A stretch of DNA of 32,000 bases from Candidatus Methanoperedens sp. (GCA_027460535.1 JAPZAR010000007.1:120001-152000), one strand, 5' to 3'. Positions 18,694-27,118 are shown, numbered from the stretch's first letter. Made by a program: numbers and translations. Notes: a model not told the origin generated them from the sequence alone.

Positions 18694-20201
18694 TGGAATC
18701 ACAACTTCCTGCGGAATTCATAGTGAACGTTGACCATGAAAGGTGCAGGCGATGCAAGCGCTGCGTGATCAATTGCAGCTTCGGTGCTATCGAATTCAAG
18801 GATAAGGTCACACCTAACCACAGGCAGTGCGTTGCATGCCACAGGTGCGCCACGTTCTGCCCTGAGAGCGCGATCACCATCACAGAGAACCCGCTTGATT
18901 ACAAGGACGGGTATAACTGGACACCAGAGATCAGGAAGAATATCCTGAAACAGGCCGAAAGCGGCGGCATCATTCTTACAGGCATGGGAAACCCGAAGCC
19001 ATATCCCATATACTGGGACCACATGCTGATAGATGCATGCCAGGTGACAAATCCCTCCATCGATCCCCTGCGGGAGCCAATGGAGCTTCGGACATACCTG
19101 GGCGCAAAACCCGAGGCTATCGAATTTGAGGGAGAGAATGACAATATCAGCCTGAAAACAGAGCTTGCGCCCCAGGTGAAGCTGGATATACCCATAGTGT
19201 TCGCTGCAATGTCCTATGGCGCGATAAGCCTGAATGCACACAAAGCCCTGGCAATGGCAGCGAAGCGCATGGGAACCCTGATGAATACGGGCGAAGGCGG
19301 TCTGCATGAGGACCTTGCATCCTATACGGACAGGATCATTGTGCAGGTCGCATCGGGAAGGTTCGGAGTGACAAGCAAGTACCTGAACAACAGCGCTGTG
19401 GTAGAGATCAAGATAGGGCAGGGCGCAAAGCCGGGTATTGGCGGACACCTGCCAGGTGAAAAAGTAGGCGAGGATATCTCAAAGACGCGCATGATACCCG
19501 TGGGCACGGATGCATTATCACCCGCCCCCCATCACGATATATATTCTATCGAAGACCTATCGCAGCTCATATATGCGATAAAAGAAGCAACGGATTACAG
19601 GAAACCTGTATCTGTCAAGATAGCGGCGGTGCATAACGTCGCAGCCATCGCAAGCGGGATCGTTCGCGCCGGCGCGGATATAGTGATGATAGATGGGTTC
19701 CGCGGAGGAACAGGAGCAGCGCCCATGATAATCAGGGACCATGTTGGGATTCCCATTGAACTCGCACTTGCCGCCGTGGATGACCGGCTCAGGCAGGAAG
19801 GGATAAGGAACAGGGCATCCATACTCGTAGGCGGAAGTATCAGGCAGAGCGCCGATGTCGTAAAAGCCATAGCGCTGGGCGCAGACGCCTGCGTTATAGG
19901 AACGGCCTCTCTCATAGCCATGGGCTGCCGCGTATGCCAGAAGTGCTACACCGGCAATTGCGCATGGGGAATAGCAACCCAGAAACCTGAGCTTGTGCGC
20001 CGCCTGAATCCTGAACTTTCGGCTGACAGGCTTTGCAATCTTCTTACCGCATGGGGTCATGAGATACAGGAAGTGCTGGGCTCACTTGGCATTAATGCCA
20101 TCGAATCGCTGCGGGGAAGCAGGGAGCGGCTGCGTGGCGTGGGTCTTAACCAGGAGACGCTGGACATACTCGGGATCAAGCATGCCGGGATAGGACAGTG
20201 A
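18693..20201 (+). CDS. gltB: Archaeal-type glutamate synthase FMN/Fe-S subunit with an N-terminal 2x[4Fe-4S] ferredoxin domain
   Basis: 502 aa. It has CRRCKRCVINC and CVACHRCATFCP ferredoxin motifs, then a GltS FMN-domain sequence (EIKIGQGAKPGIGGHLPG, SPAPHHDIYSIEDL, IDGFRGGTGAAP). The start overlaps the previous stop by 1 nt (TAATG). Confidence 0.85.
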   Translation: MESQLPAEFIVNVDHERCRRCKRCVINCSFGAIEFKDKVTPNHRQCVACHRCATFCPESAITITENPLDYKDGYNWTPEIRKNILKQAESGGIILTGMGNPKPYPIYWDHMLIDACQVTNPSIDPLREPMELRTYLGAKPEAIEFEGENDNISLKTELAPQVKLDIPIVFAAMSYGAISLNAHKALAMAAKRMGTLMNTGEGGLHEDLASYTDRIIVQVASGRFGVTSKYLNNSAVVEIKIGQGAKPGIGGHLPGEKVGEDISKTRMIPVGTDALSPAPHHDIYSIEDLSQLIYAIKEATDYRKPVSVKIAAVHNVAAIASGIVRAGADIVMIDGFRGGTGAAPMIIRDHVGIPIELALAAVDDRLRQEGIRNRASILVGGSIRQSADVVKAIALGADACVIGTASLIAMGCRVCQKCYTGNCAWGIATQKPELVRRLNPELSADRLCNLLTAWGHEIQEVLGSLGINAIESLRGSRERLRGVGLNQETLDILGIKHAGIGQ

Positions 20202-20228
20202 TTTGTATGAAGAATTTTAATGAGAAGG

Positions 20229-20303
20229 AACCGCAGATAAACGCAGATGAACGCAGATTTGTTCTTGTATCCACCCTTATCCAAGTTCAACCGCGGTTAC
20301 TTT
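20229..20303 (-). repeat. Copy C of the intergenic repeat family, inverted relative to copies A and B
   Basis: It contains AACCGCGGTT (20289-20298) and tandem GATRAACGCAGAT units (20235-20259). The reverse complement aligns with the start of copy B (AACCGCGGTTGA...GGATA...ATCTGCG...). Confidence 0.6.
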
Positions 20304-20355
20304 TTGATGATTTGATTAATGCTGAAACATGTGGCATTGAGGGACGTGACGCTTT

Positions 20356-21084
20356 ATGAGAATCGATGCAAAAGGCATGCATTACAGGCCGTTAAACAAA
20401 ATTATCCGCGATGCGGTTGCAGCAGGCGAAAAGGAGTTCGAGCTAGATAACGTGGGCGGGCAGAGGTATATCGGGGATGGATTGAACGAAACCGTTAGGA
20501 TCACCATCAACGGCACACCGGGGAACGACCTGGGTGCTTTCATGAACGGTCCGAAGATCATAGTCAACGCGAACGCCCAGGACGGCATCGCGAACACCAT
20601 GAATGCCGGCGAGATAATCGTACATGGCAATGTGGGCGATATCATAGGTTACGGCATGCGCGGCGGGAAGCTGTACATCAAAGGAGATGCAGGATACCGC
20701 GTCGGGATACACATGAAGGAGTATAAGAAACAGGTGCCGGTAATCGTGACAGGCGGTACAGCAGGTGACTTTTTCGGGGAATATATGGCAGGCGGGATAT
20801 TGATCCTTCTTGGCCTGAACGGGAAGGATCCGATCGCGGGTGATTATGTGGGAACGGGAATGCACGGCGGAGTGATATATATCCGTGGAAAGGTTGACCC
20901 GTATCACCTTGGAAAAGAAGTGAACTGCCTTGAATTGAATGAAGAGGATTTGAAGCTCATTGGTACTTTCCTTAAGGAGTACTGCGAGTATTTCGGGTTC
21001 GATTTCAATGAAGTGATGGGCGGGAAGTTCACGAAGCTTGTCCCGTTATCCGTTCGGCCGTATGGGAATTTGTATGTGTATTAA
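20356..21084 (+). CDS. GXGXG-repeat beta-helix protein, glutamate synthase domain-3 type (also related to FwdC)
   Basis: 242 aa with repeated Gly-rich turns (GNDLGAFMNG, GDIIGYGMRGG, GDAGYRVG, GTAGDFFGEYMAGG, GTGMHGG), as in the C-terminal domain of GltB. Confidence 0.8.
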   Translation: MRIDAKGMHYRPLNKIIRDAVAAGEKEFELDNVGGQRYIGDGLNETVRITINGTPGNDLGAFMNGPKIIVNANAQDGIANTMNAGEIIVHGNVGDIIGYGMRGGKLYIKGDAGYRVGIHMKEYKKQVPVIVTGGTAGDFFGEYMAGGILILLGLNGKDPIAGDYVGTGMHGGVIYIRGKVDPYHLGKEVNCLELNEEDLKLIGTFLKEYCEYFGFDFNEVMGGKFTKLVPLSVRPYGNLYVY

Positions 21085-21189
21085 ACGTTCTTTATTTTCT
21101 TTGAACATCTCTCACATCTCTGGATTGGAACGGCTGCGTCTCATTCAGGGGCAACGAGATAGCAATAAAAAAATGAAAACTCTTTTTAT

Positions 21190-24100
21190 TCACACTGGAT
21201 GAGCATAAATACTCAGTCCCTGTCCAAAATACGAGTCATAGATGTGCTGATATACCACATCACACTTGTGTTGAAATAACTCTTTTGTATAGCTTACTGG
21301 CAGTTCCTCATCCAGAACCACTTCAATAGATTGTCGCACAGCAGCCCGTGATTGCTGGCGCTTTCTCCAATCGAGAACGAGTTTCTCCTGTTTAAGTGTT
21401 TCAAGAAGGTCATGAGCCACCTTCTTTACCTCTTGCTCCTCCTTCTTGCTCAGAATCATCTCAGGTTTTACCAGGAGGTCGAAGACTGCTAATTCCTCCT
21501 CACTAAGATTCTCCGAAATTCCTCTCTTTTCTTCTGCATTGAGTCCCTGGGCGAATTCAACAAGATTGGCGAAGAATGTTTCCACATTATAGGAGCCTGA
21601 ATTGTATTCATCTATCAGTTTCTGAAACTTCTCCAGGTAATTCACCCTGCTCTTGTTTAATCGAACCATTTGCATCAGTTTGCGATTAATTGCGCCCCTC
21701 AGTTTTTCAGCCTCAATCCGCTTTCGACTTTTCTCAAATTTCTCCTTCAGCGCCTCAAAATCGATCTGGCTCAAATCCACAAGGCGATATTCATCGGACC
21801 TTTCCCGGATAACATATCCTTCAGTGGCGATGGACTCGTCCAGCAGATTTTCGACTGATTCCATAACTTCAGAAATGTCAGTTTCAGGAGACAGAGAACG
21901 AATTGTTTCTGCAATTTTAGTGAAAAGCAGCTGTTTCGGGCCGAACTCGTTGGCTGCCGGGTCAGGGAGGATAGCCCTGTATATTCTGACCACACTAGCT
22001 GCCATCGAAAGGTACTTTGCCTTTGATTCGTCGCTGGTCAATATTGCATCAGTAGCATCATCAATCAACTTGACACGCTCAAAACCATAGGCTGCCTGTA
22101 TCTTCGAGATGTCAATGCCTCGTTCTGTGCAAAATGCCGTGGTCTCCAAAATCAACTGCTTTAGTTGATCAACGAGCACACTCTTGTCCTTTACCGGAGT
22201 TTCGCCTTCTTCTATTCCGCCGCCTGAGCCAGAACCGTAGATTGCCAGTGCTTTCTGCAGGTTCCTGAACACTCCAACATAATCCACTATCAGACCATTT
22301 GACTTATCTCTGAAAACCCGGTTTGCCCGTGCTATGGTCTGCATGAGGGTATGGTTGCGCATGGGTTTGTCAAGGTAGATGGTGGAACAGGATGGTACAT
22401 CAAAACCCGTCATCCACATGGCGCACACGAATACGATGCGGAACGGGTCATCCGGGTCCTTGAACTTCGTATCGAGGTCCTCTTTTACGATTCTCTTGCG
22501 ATGGACAGCGATATCTAATCCCTTTTTCTTAAAGTCTTCAATTTCATTTTGCGATTGAGACACCACGACCGCCATGTCAGTATCTTCCATAAATTTGATT
22601 TTTTCTTCAAGTTCCTTTTTCTCGGATTCTCCACATTTTACAAGCTTAATCTTCAAATCCATCTGATACAATTTCCAGTACTTTTGCACCTTATCGTACA
22701 TCCGAACAGCAGTTGCTTTGTCAATGGAGAAGACCATTGCCTTCCCAAATTGCCCGCGTCCCATGAAATGAGTGACAATGTCATTGGCTATCTTCTCCAG
22801 CCGGTCATCCCTTGTTATCAGGTGGTATTCTCGTGAAAACTCACGCTCAAGTTTATTCTCCTGGTCTGGATCGAGTTCAGCCTCATCGATGAGGCACTGC
22901 AGGTCTTCATTCAGTTCCCTGTTGGTCAGTTGAAGCTCTGGGATGCGATTTTCATAATAAAGAGGAACCGTGGCGCCGTCATCTACAGACTGCTTGAAGT
23001 TGTAGATGCTGACGTAGTCCCCGAAAACCTCTTTTGTCTTTTCTTCACCGATAATGAGAGGCGTGCCTGTGAAGGCGATGAATGCCGCATTGGGGAGAGC
23101 ATTGCGCATGTTCAGGGCAAGGGCATCGTACTGGCTGCGGTGCGCCTCATCCGTGATGACAATAATATCTTTGCGAGCTGAAAGCATGGGATAGGTCTCG
23201 CCCTTCTTTTTATGGAACTTCTGGATGAGTGTGAATATGTAGCGGTGGTCTTCACGCAGCAGCTGCTTTAAGTGTTCTCCGCTCTCTGCCTGCACCTGCT
23301 CTTCAGTCACGGCGCCAGCGCCTGCAAAGTTCTTGTATATCTGGTTGTCCAGATCCTGTCTGTCGGTCACGATAACGAACGTGAAATTACCGGGAATTTT
23401 TCGCAATACTTTCTGCGAAAAGAAAACCATGGAGTAACTTTTCCCGCTGCCCTGCGTATGCCAGAAGACCCCTAAGCGACCTCTATTCTTTTCGATCTGC
23501 TTCAATGCCTCAGTAGCGTTATTCACACCAAGGTACTGGTGGTTCTTCGCAACCAGCTTCACAATCCCGCCGCTGGCTTCGCTGAATAGCATGAAATTCT
23601 CAATAATGTCAAGAAGGCGCGCCGGCTCGCATGTTCCCCTGATCATTGTATCCAGTGAAACAATACCCTCCTCGCCTTCTCTGTTTATCTTTTTCCACTC
23701 TGCGAAGTGCTCCCACTCAGCGGTCATACTGCCTATTTTGCTCTGGCTTCCGTTTGAAAGAATGATTAAACCATTGTACCAGAAGATCTGGGGGATTGCG
23801 TTCTTGTAGTCGCGCAGGTTATCCCTGTATGCATGTTCCAGACGCTTGTGTGATGCCTTAAGTTCGATAAAGACCAGCGGCAGGCCATTTACGAAACCAA
23901 CAAGGTCGGCGCGACGCTTGTACATCTCACCCGTTACCCAGAACTGCGATGCAAGGAAGAAATCATTATTCGAAGGTTCATTCCAATCGATTACACGTAC
24001 GTTCTCAACGGTCTCTTCATTTTCTTTGCCCCGGAAAGAGACTTTCACGCCGCTCTTCATCAAGCGGTAAACCTCCCGGTTGGCATTCGCCGGGCTCATG

Positions 24101-24351
24101 ATGCTGCGATCGCGCGTCAGTTCTTCGATGGCAAGCTCGATGGCTTCTGGTGGCAGGTCGGGATTCAGGTGCACAAGCGCGGCGCGCAGGCGGGGGAGAA
24201 GGACGACTTCGCTGGAGGTTTCGCGCCCGAGCGTGCCATTTTCTCCGAATTTTTCGTAGAAGCAGTTTGCGATCTTCCAGCCCAAATCTGAAAAGAGTTC
24301 GATGGCGGGCTGTTCAACAAGGGAATCTTCGGAGTAATCACTCATTGCCAT
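21190..24351 (-). CDS. hsdR: Type I restriction enzyme R subunit (helicase/endonuclease)
   Basis: 1053 aa. It has an HsdR-type N-terminus (SEDSLVEQPAIELFSDLGW), a Walker A-like motif HTQGSGKS, and a DEAH box ITDEAHRSQ. The C-terminal domain is long. The true start may be the second ATG at 24345. Confidence 0.95.
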   Translation of the reverse strand: MAMSDYSEDSLVEQPAIELFSDLGWKIANCFYEKFGENGTLGRETSSEVVLLPRLRAALVHLNPDLPPEAIELAIEELTRDRSIMSPANANREVYRLMKSGVKVSFRGKENEETVENVRVIDWNEPSNNDFFLASQFWVTGEMYKRRADLVGFVNGLPLVFIELKASHKRLEHAYRDNLRDYKNAIPQIFWYNGLIILSNGSQSKIGSMTAEWEHFAEWKKINREGEEGIVSLDTMIRGTCEPARLLDIIENFMLFSEASGGIVKLVAKNHQYLGVNNATEALKQIEKNRGRLGVFWHTQGSGKSYSMVFFSQKVLRKIPGNFTFVIVTDRQDLDNQIYKNFAGAGAVTEEQVQAESGEHLKQLLREDHRYIFTLIQKFHKKKGETYPMLSARKDIIVITDEAHRSQYDALALNMRNALPNAAFIAFTGTPLIIGEEKTKEVFGDYVSIYNFKQSVDDGATVPLYYENRIPELQLTNRELNEDLQCLIDEAELDPDQENKLEREFSREYHLITRDDRLEKIANDIVTHFMGRGQFGKAMVFSIDKATAVRMYDKVQKYWKLYQMDLKIKLVKCGESEKKELEEKIKFMEDTDMAVVVSQSQNEIEDFKKKGLDIAVHRKRIVKEDLDTKFKDPDDPFRIVFVCAMWMTGFDVPSCSTIYLDKPMRNHTLMQTIARANRVFRDKSNGLIVDYVGVFRNLQKALAIYGSGSGGGIEEGETPVKDKSVLVDQLKQLILETTAFCTERGIDISKIQAAYGFERVKLIDDATDAILTSDESKAKYLSMAASVVRIYRAILPDPAANEFGPKQLLFTKIAETIRSLSPETDISEVMESVENLLDESIATEGYVIRERSDEYRLVDLSQIDFEALKEKFEKSRKRIEAEKLRGAINRKLMQMVRLNKSRVNYLEKFQKLIDEYNSGSYNVETFFANLVEFAQGLNAEEKRGISENLSEEELAVFDLLVKPEMILSKKEEQEVKKVAHDLLETLKQEKLVLDWRKRQQSRAAVRQSIEVVLDEELPVSYTKELFQHKCDVVYQHIYDSYFGQGLSIYAHPV

Positions 24352-24365
24352 TCTCTATGTCAGAT

Positions 24366-24392
24366 TATTATTTAAAGATACGTATATATTAA
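24366..24392. promoter_or_regulatory. A/T-rich divergent promoter region (TATA-like boxes) between hsdR and the 24449 gene pair
   Basis: On the minus strand, TTTAAATAA (plus-strand 24368-24376) is centred ~21-27 nt upstream of the two candidate hsdR ATGs. This is compatible with a leaderless transcript. TATATATTA (24383-24391) could serve the plus-strand pair. Pattern only. Confidence 0.3.
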
Positions 24393-24448
24393 CTTCACTC
24401 TTGCTGAACAATAAGTTTTAACTTATCATAAATCTTAAGGCATATACA

Positions 24449-24748
24449 ATGTACAGCGAAGATTCTGTTTCGGAAATCACTTCTGATCTCAGTCATGTGA
24501 TAGGCTTACCTGAGACCGAGCTTATCCACAGAGGCTTAATATCCTTTATGGAAAAGGAGATCCGGCTTGCTGAGGCGGATATAGCTGATCTTGTGGACAG
24601 ATATAATGTTGCCTCGAAAGAGGATCTGTACGAGGCGATCAGGTCTAAAAAGATACCAAGCCATCCAGCCTGGGAAGATTATATTATCTGGAAGAATAAG
24701 GAAAAATACATCAAAGACCTGAAAGCGCACCTCGGTAAGGTACAGTAG
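24449..24748 (+). CDS. Small helical protein, putative antitoxin/partner of the downstream DUF6516-like gene
   Basis: 99 aa. Its TAG stop (24746-24748) directly abuts the next ATG (24749). It contains an HPAWEDYIIW motif that I recall from small proteins paired with DUF6516-type genes. Confidence 0.55.
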   Translation: MYSEDSVSEITSDLSHVIGLPETELIHRGLISFMEKEIRLAEADIADLVDRYNVASKEDLYEAIRSKKIPSHPAWEDYIIWKNKEKYIKDLKAHLGKVQ

Positions 24749-25129
24749 ATGCTTTTAACGTATAAAACGCTTGAAGAGGTAGCCAGGACAGAATTTTCAG
24801 ATATTGTTAAAGATACGGCGCTAATTGGCGGCAGGTCTGCACAGCCTAATAAGCTGAGGATATACCTAACAGACGGCAGTTTCCTTGATGTCTGGCTTAG
24901 TGAAGAGGAGGATTATTCATATCACTGGGAGCAAAGGGCTGTGAGGGGCTTGATCCATCGATGGGATAATGCCCCTGATCATCCTGAGATCGAGACTTTT
25001 CCGAACCATTTTCATGATGGTAAAGAAAACAATGTCCTGAGCAGTCGATTGAATGCTGATAATAGAGTTGCATTCAAAGATGTTCTTGGTTTTATCAGGA
25101 TTAAATTAAAGGGATTCCATATTCACTGA
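24749..25129 (+). CDS. DUF6516-like protein (family labelled TumE-like toxin in some databases, as recalled)
   Basis: 126 aa. The motif HRWDNAPDHPEIETFPNHFH matches the remembered family signature (W/Y-D-N-A-P-H-H-P...F-P-H-H-x-H). The 3' end overlaps the convergent hsdS stop by 7 nt. Confidence 0.55.
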   Translation: MLLTYKTLEEVARTEFSDIVKDTALIGGRSAQPNKLRIYLTDGSFLDVWLSEEEDYSYHWEQRAVRGLIHRWDNAPDHPEIETFPNHFHDGKENNVLSSRLNADNRVAFKDVLGFIRIKLKGFHIH

Positions 25130-26466
25130 ACCGAAATGTCGATATTCTCCGCGTCCACCTCGCCAGAGATGAGCTTCGGCAGCAGCAGGTCGCGGGTGCG
25201 GCGGAAGTTGGCGTTTTTTGCAAACATTTCAATAATGCTTTTATGCATCGGAGAGCTGATTTCAGTAAATCTATCTTGTATGCTTCTTGGAGGAAGCAAA
25301 AAACTTGTTTTAGCAATAGTTTCCCTCCCAAGCTCCGTTTGGCCAGTAGAGCCGATGCCTTGACTATCAAAGTGTGGTTCAAGGGTTGACATATAAGAGC
25401 CAAAATAATCTATACTTACCTTATCATTCGGCCGAACGATAGTGACATGAGAATCCACTGTACAATCAGGAATTTCCTTATAAATTTGAGCAATACGTCC
25501 AAGTGTTCCGATACCCGTTGAATTTATCAGGACATCACCAAATTTTATGGATTTCTCCACTGGAATTTTCGAAGCGTGCCTTCGAACTAAATCCTGATTG
25601 AATTTGCCTTCCCTAATGCATTTCTGATTGATTACAATTTGTGACGATTGGTCATCATACTTAGGCGAAACACCACGGTTAATATAATCACTAACATCTC
25701 GAATTGTTACTACTTCCCATCCCTGCGGTATCATCCCAAGCTCCGACTCCACCATCCTCACCTTCTCATGCCCCGGAAACCTGAGATTAACAAACCACTC
25801 GCGGTAGAGCGCCTGCGCCATCTCTTCCAGTATTTTGATGCGCCGCGTGTTGTTCTCGATGAGGTCGTCGTAGGCGCTGAGGATGGCGGCGATTTTGCTT
25901 TGCAATTCGACTGATGGTAGCCAGAACATATAAGCATTAATTTGTGAAGGGCTGATATGTGGTACAGACACACCAGTTACGATCGGCTTAATGTAATCTG
26001 TAAACGATTGATCAGCGATGACATACCGCAGATATTCGGTTAACAATCCATTTATTCCACGCAATCGGGCTACCCGTTGGACTAATAGGCAAGGAGGATC
26101 GTGCTTTTTAACCCAAGCGTACTTGAGACCAGCTTCAATCCAAGGTCGATCCATCGCTAGGATTACGTCACCACGTTTAAGTAAATATCTGGTGAAATCA
26201 CCTGACTTTGATAACGGCCAGAGCTTGACCCCCTCCCAGCGCAAACAGCCTTGAGCAACATTATCGCCACGTAATAGTTTGATTGATTCCGAATCATTGG
26301 TGTATTGGGCACTTTTGAACGGAAAACCCGTTAGTAGATCGATGTGTTCTCCGAGTTTGACCAACCTCCAAGATGTCTTCACACTTGCGTTCAAAGTACA
26401 GCCAGCAGTAGTTCCTTCACTTTCTTTTTTGGTTGTCTCACCATTTATTACATTATTTGCCATCAT
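25123..26466 (-). CDS. hsdS: Type I restriction-modification specificity subunit
   Basis: Two target-recognition regions are separated by the conserved central helix (ILSAYDDLIENNTRRIKILEEMAQALYREWF). A matching distal conserved region follows (RRTRDLLLPKLISGEVD). The preferred start is the tandem ATG ATG at 26466/26463, preceded by GGGAGGGAGGTGGG. The ORF-track GTG at 26514 would run into the repeat element. Confidence 0.9.
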   Translation of the reverse strand: MMANNVINGETTKKESEGTTAGCTLNASVKTSWRLVKLGEHIDLLTGFPFKSAQYTNDSESIKLLRGDNVAQGCLRWEGVKLWPLSKSGDFTRYLLKRGDVILAMDRPWIEAGLKYAWVKKHDPPCLLVQRVARLRGINGLLTEYLRYVIADQSFTDYIKPIVTGVSVPHISPSQINAYMFWLPSVELQSKIAAILSAYDDLIENNTRRIKILEEMAQALYREWFVNLRFPGHEKVRMVESELGMIPQGWEVVTIRDVSDYINRGVSPKYDDQSSQIVINQKCIREGKFNQDLVRRHASKIPVEKSIKFGDVLINSTGIGTLGRIAQIYKEIPDCTVDSHVTIVRPNDKVSIDYFGSYMSTLEPHFDSQGIGSTGQTELGRETIAKTSFLLPPRSIQDRFTEISSPMHKSIIEMFAKNANFRRTRDLLLPKLISGEVDAENIDISVQ

Positions 26467-26524
26467 CCCACCTCCCTCCCTCTCTCGCTCTGCCGTAGTC
26501 CTGAAAGCTGGCACTTCAAATTTG

Positions 26525-26565
26525 ACAGGATAACAGGATAAACAGGATTAAGAGCATATCCTGTT
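26525..26565 (+). repeat. Tandem ACAGGATA units plus an 8-bp hairpin
   Basis: ACAGGATA occurs at 26525-26532 and 26533-26540, and AACAGGATT at 26541-26549. AACAGGAT (26541-26548) pairs with ATCCTGTT (26558-26565) across a 9-nt loop. Confidence 0.7.
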
Positions 26566-26591
26566 AATCCCATCTGAAAAATCACCGAACT

Positions 26592-27000
26592 AAAAAACCG
26601 CGGATGATGGCGCCCAGAGTCACGCCTCTGGAGGGCGTGTCCACGTCGACTGTCACGCCAGTCGATTGCGTGCACACGTATGCCAGCGCACTGGCATACG
26701 TGGACGGGCGTCCTCAAGGGGCGCAACCCTTGACGTATGCCCACAGGCATACGTGTGCGCGGAGTCGAGAACCCGCAGGGTTTCGGCGTGATAAACGCAG
26801 ATACCTTTGTGCCAGATGCCGGATTTTTCAGAGAAGAGCAAACGTGATGGAACACGGATTGCGCGGATGCGCGCGGATCCGTGGAAATCCGTCCAATCCG
26901 TGTTATCCGTGTTCTGCGTTGCGGTTTTAGCACGTTTCCAGACCTGAGCGCGAAGGTCGCGGAGACTTCTGAGCTTTGCGTTCTTTGCGTACTTTGCGGT
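26592..27000 (+). repeat. Copy A of the intergenic mosaic repeat (composite, carries the extra hairpin module)
   Basis: The 5' motif AAAAAACCGCGG (26593-26604) is shared with copy B. The core at 26871-26918 aligns with 27802-27849 at about 42 of 48 positions by my count. The 3' triple CTTTGCG 9-mer at 26974-27000 matches 27861-27887. About 250 bp (roughly 26612-26860) has no counterpart in copy B. Confidence 0.75.
26614..26757. repeat. Array of five perfect hairpins (BIME/REP-like palindromic units)
   Basis: H1 is 26614-26631 (CCAGAG-tcacgc-CTCTGG). H2 is 26646-26665 (TCGACTG-tcacgc-CAGTCGA). H3 is 26675-26702 (12-bp stem, CACGTATGCCAG-cgca-CTGGCATACGTG). H4 is 26714-26733 (TCAAGGG-gcgcaa-CCCTTGA). 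H5 is 26733-26754 (ACGTATGCC-caca-GGCATACGT). An alternative 12-13 bp pairing joins 26672-26684 with 26746-26758. Confidence 0.8.
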
Positions 27001-27118
27001 TCTGGATATTTCTCATCCATAATGCCCAACAATATATTTTATGGTCTGTTTTTAATCTATAAAGTCATAAATATTTGGTTAGGTTCAAATCAAAGAAAAA
27101 GTTGCGGAGAGAAATGAA

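Noticed and set aside
18699-19448. Long antisense ORFs inside well-supported genes (249 aa at 18699-19448, 219 aa at 1363-2022, 218 aa at 14934-15590, 171 aa at 11824-12339, 174 aa at 30144-30668)
   Set aside because: These are shadow ORFs opposite strongly recognisable genes (gltB, cdhA, surE, clpB, hbd). Their composition is low-complexity and they have no motifs.
20057-20290. 77-aa minus-strand ORF in the gltS spacer (contains SAFICVYLRF)
   Set aside because: It is generated by repeat copy C. It overlaps the 3' end of the upstream gene on the opposite strand and has no domain signal.
26974-27000. Possible CRISPR-like array from the tandem CTTTGCG 9-mers (also 27861-27887) and the hairpin series
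   Set aside because: The units are only 9 nt long and directly tandem, with no spacers. The hairpins differ from one another and are not regularly spaced. No cas genes are present. This is not a CRISPR array.
26463-27032. 189-aa minus-strand ORF and the overlapping 108-aa plus-strand ORF (26604-26930) covering the hsdS-upstream spacer
   Set aside because: Both are translations of the repeat and hairpin element. The composition is Arg/Cys/Thr-rich and low-complexity (e.g. RTRITRIGRISTDPRASAQSVF). Similar peptides arise from the other repeat copy (27772-28005). The open frames are explained by the GC-rich palindromes, and no recognisable domain is present.
27078-27095. GGTTCAAATC string resembling a tRNA T-arm
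   Set aside because: The surrounding sequence is A/T-rich, with no acceptor or anticodon stem complementarity. No tRNA can be folded.
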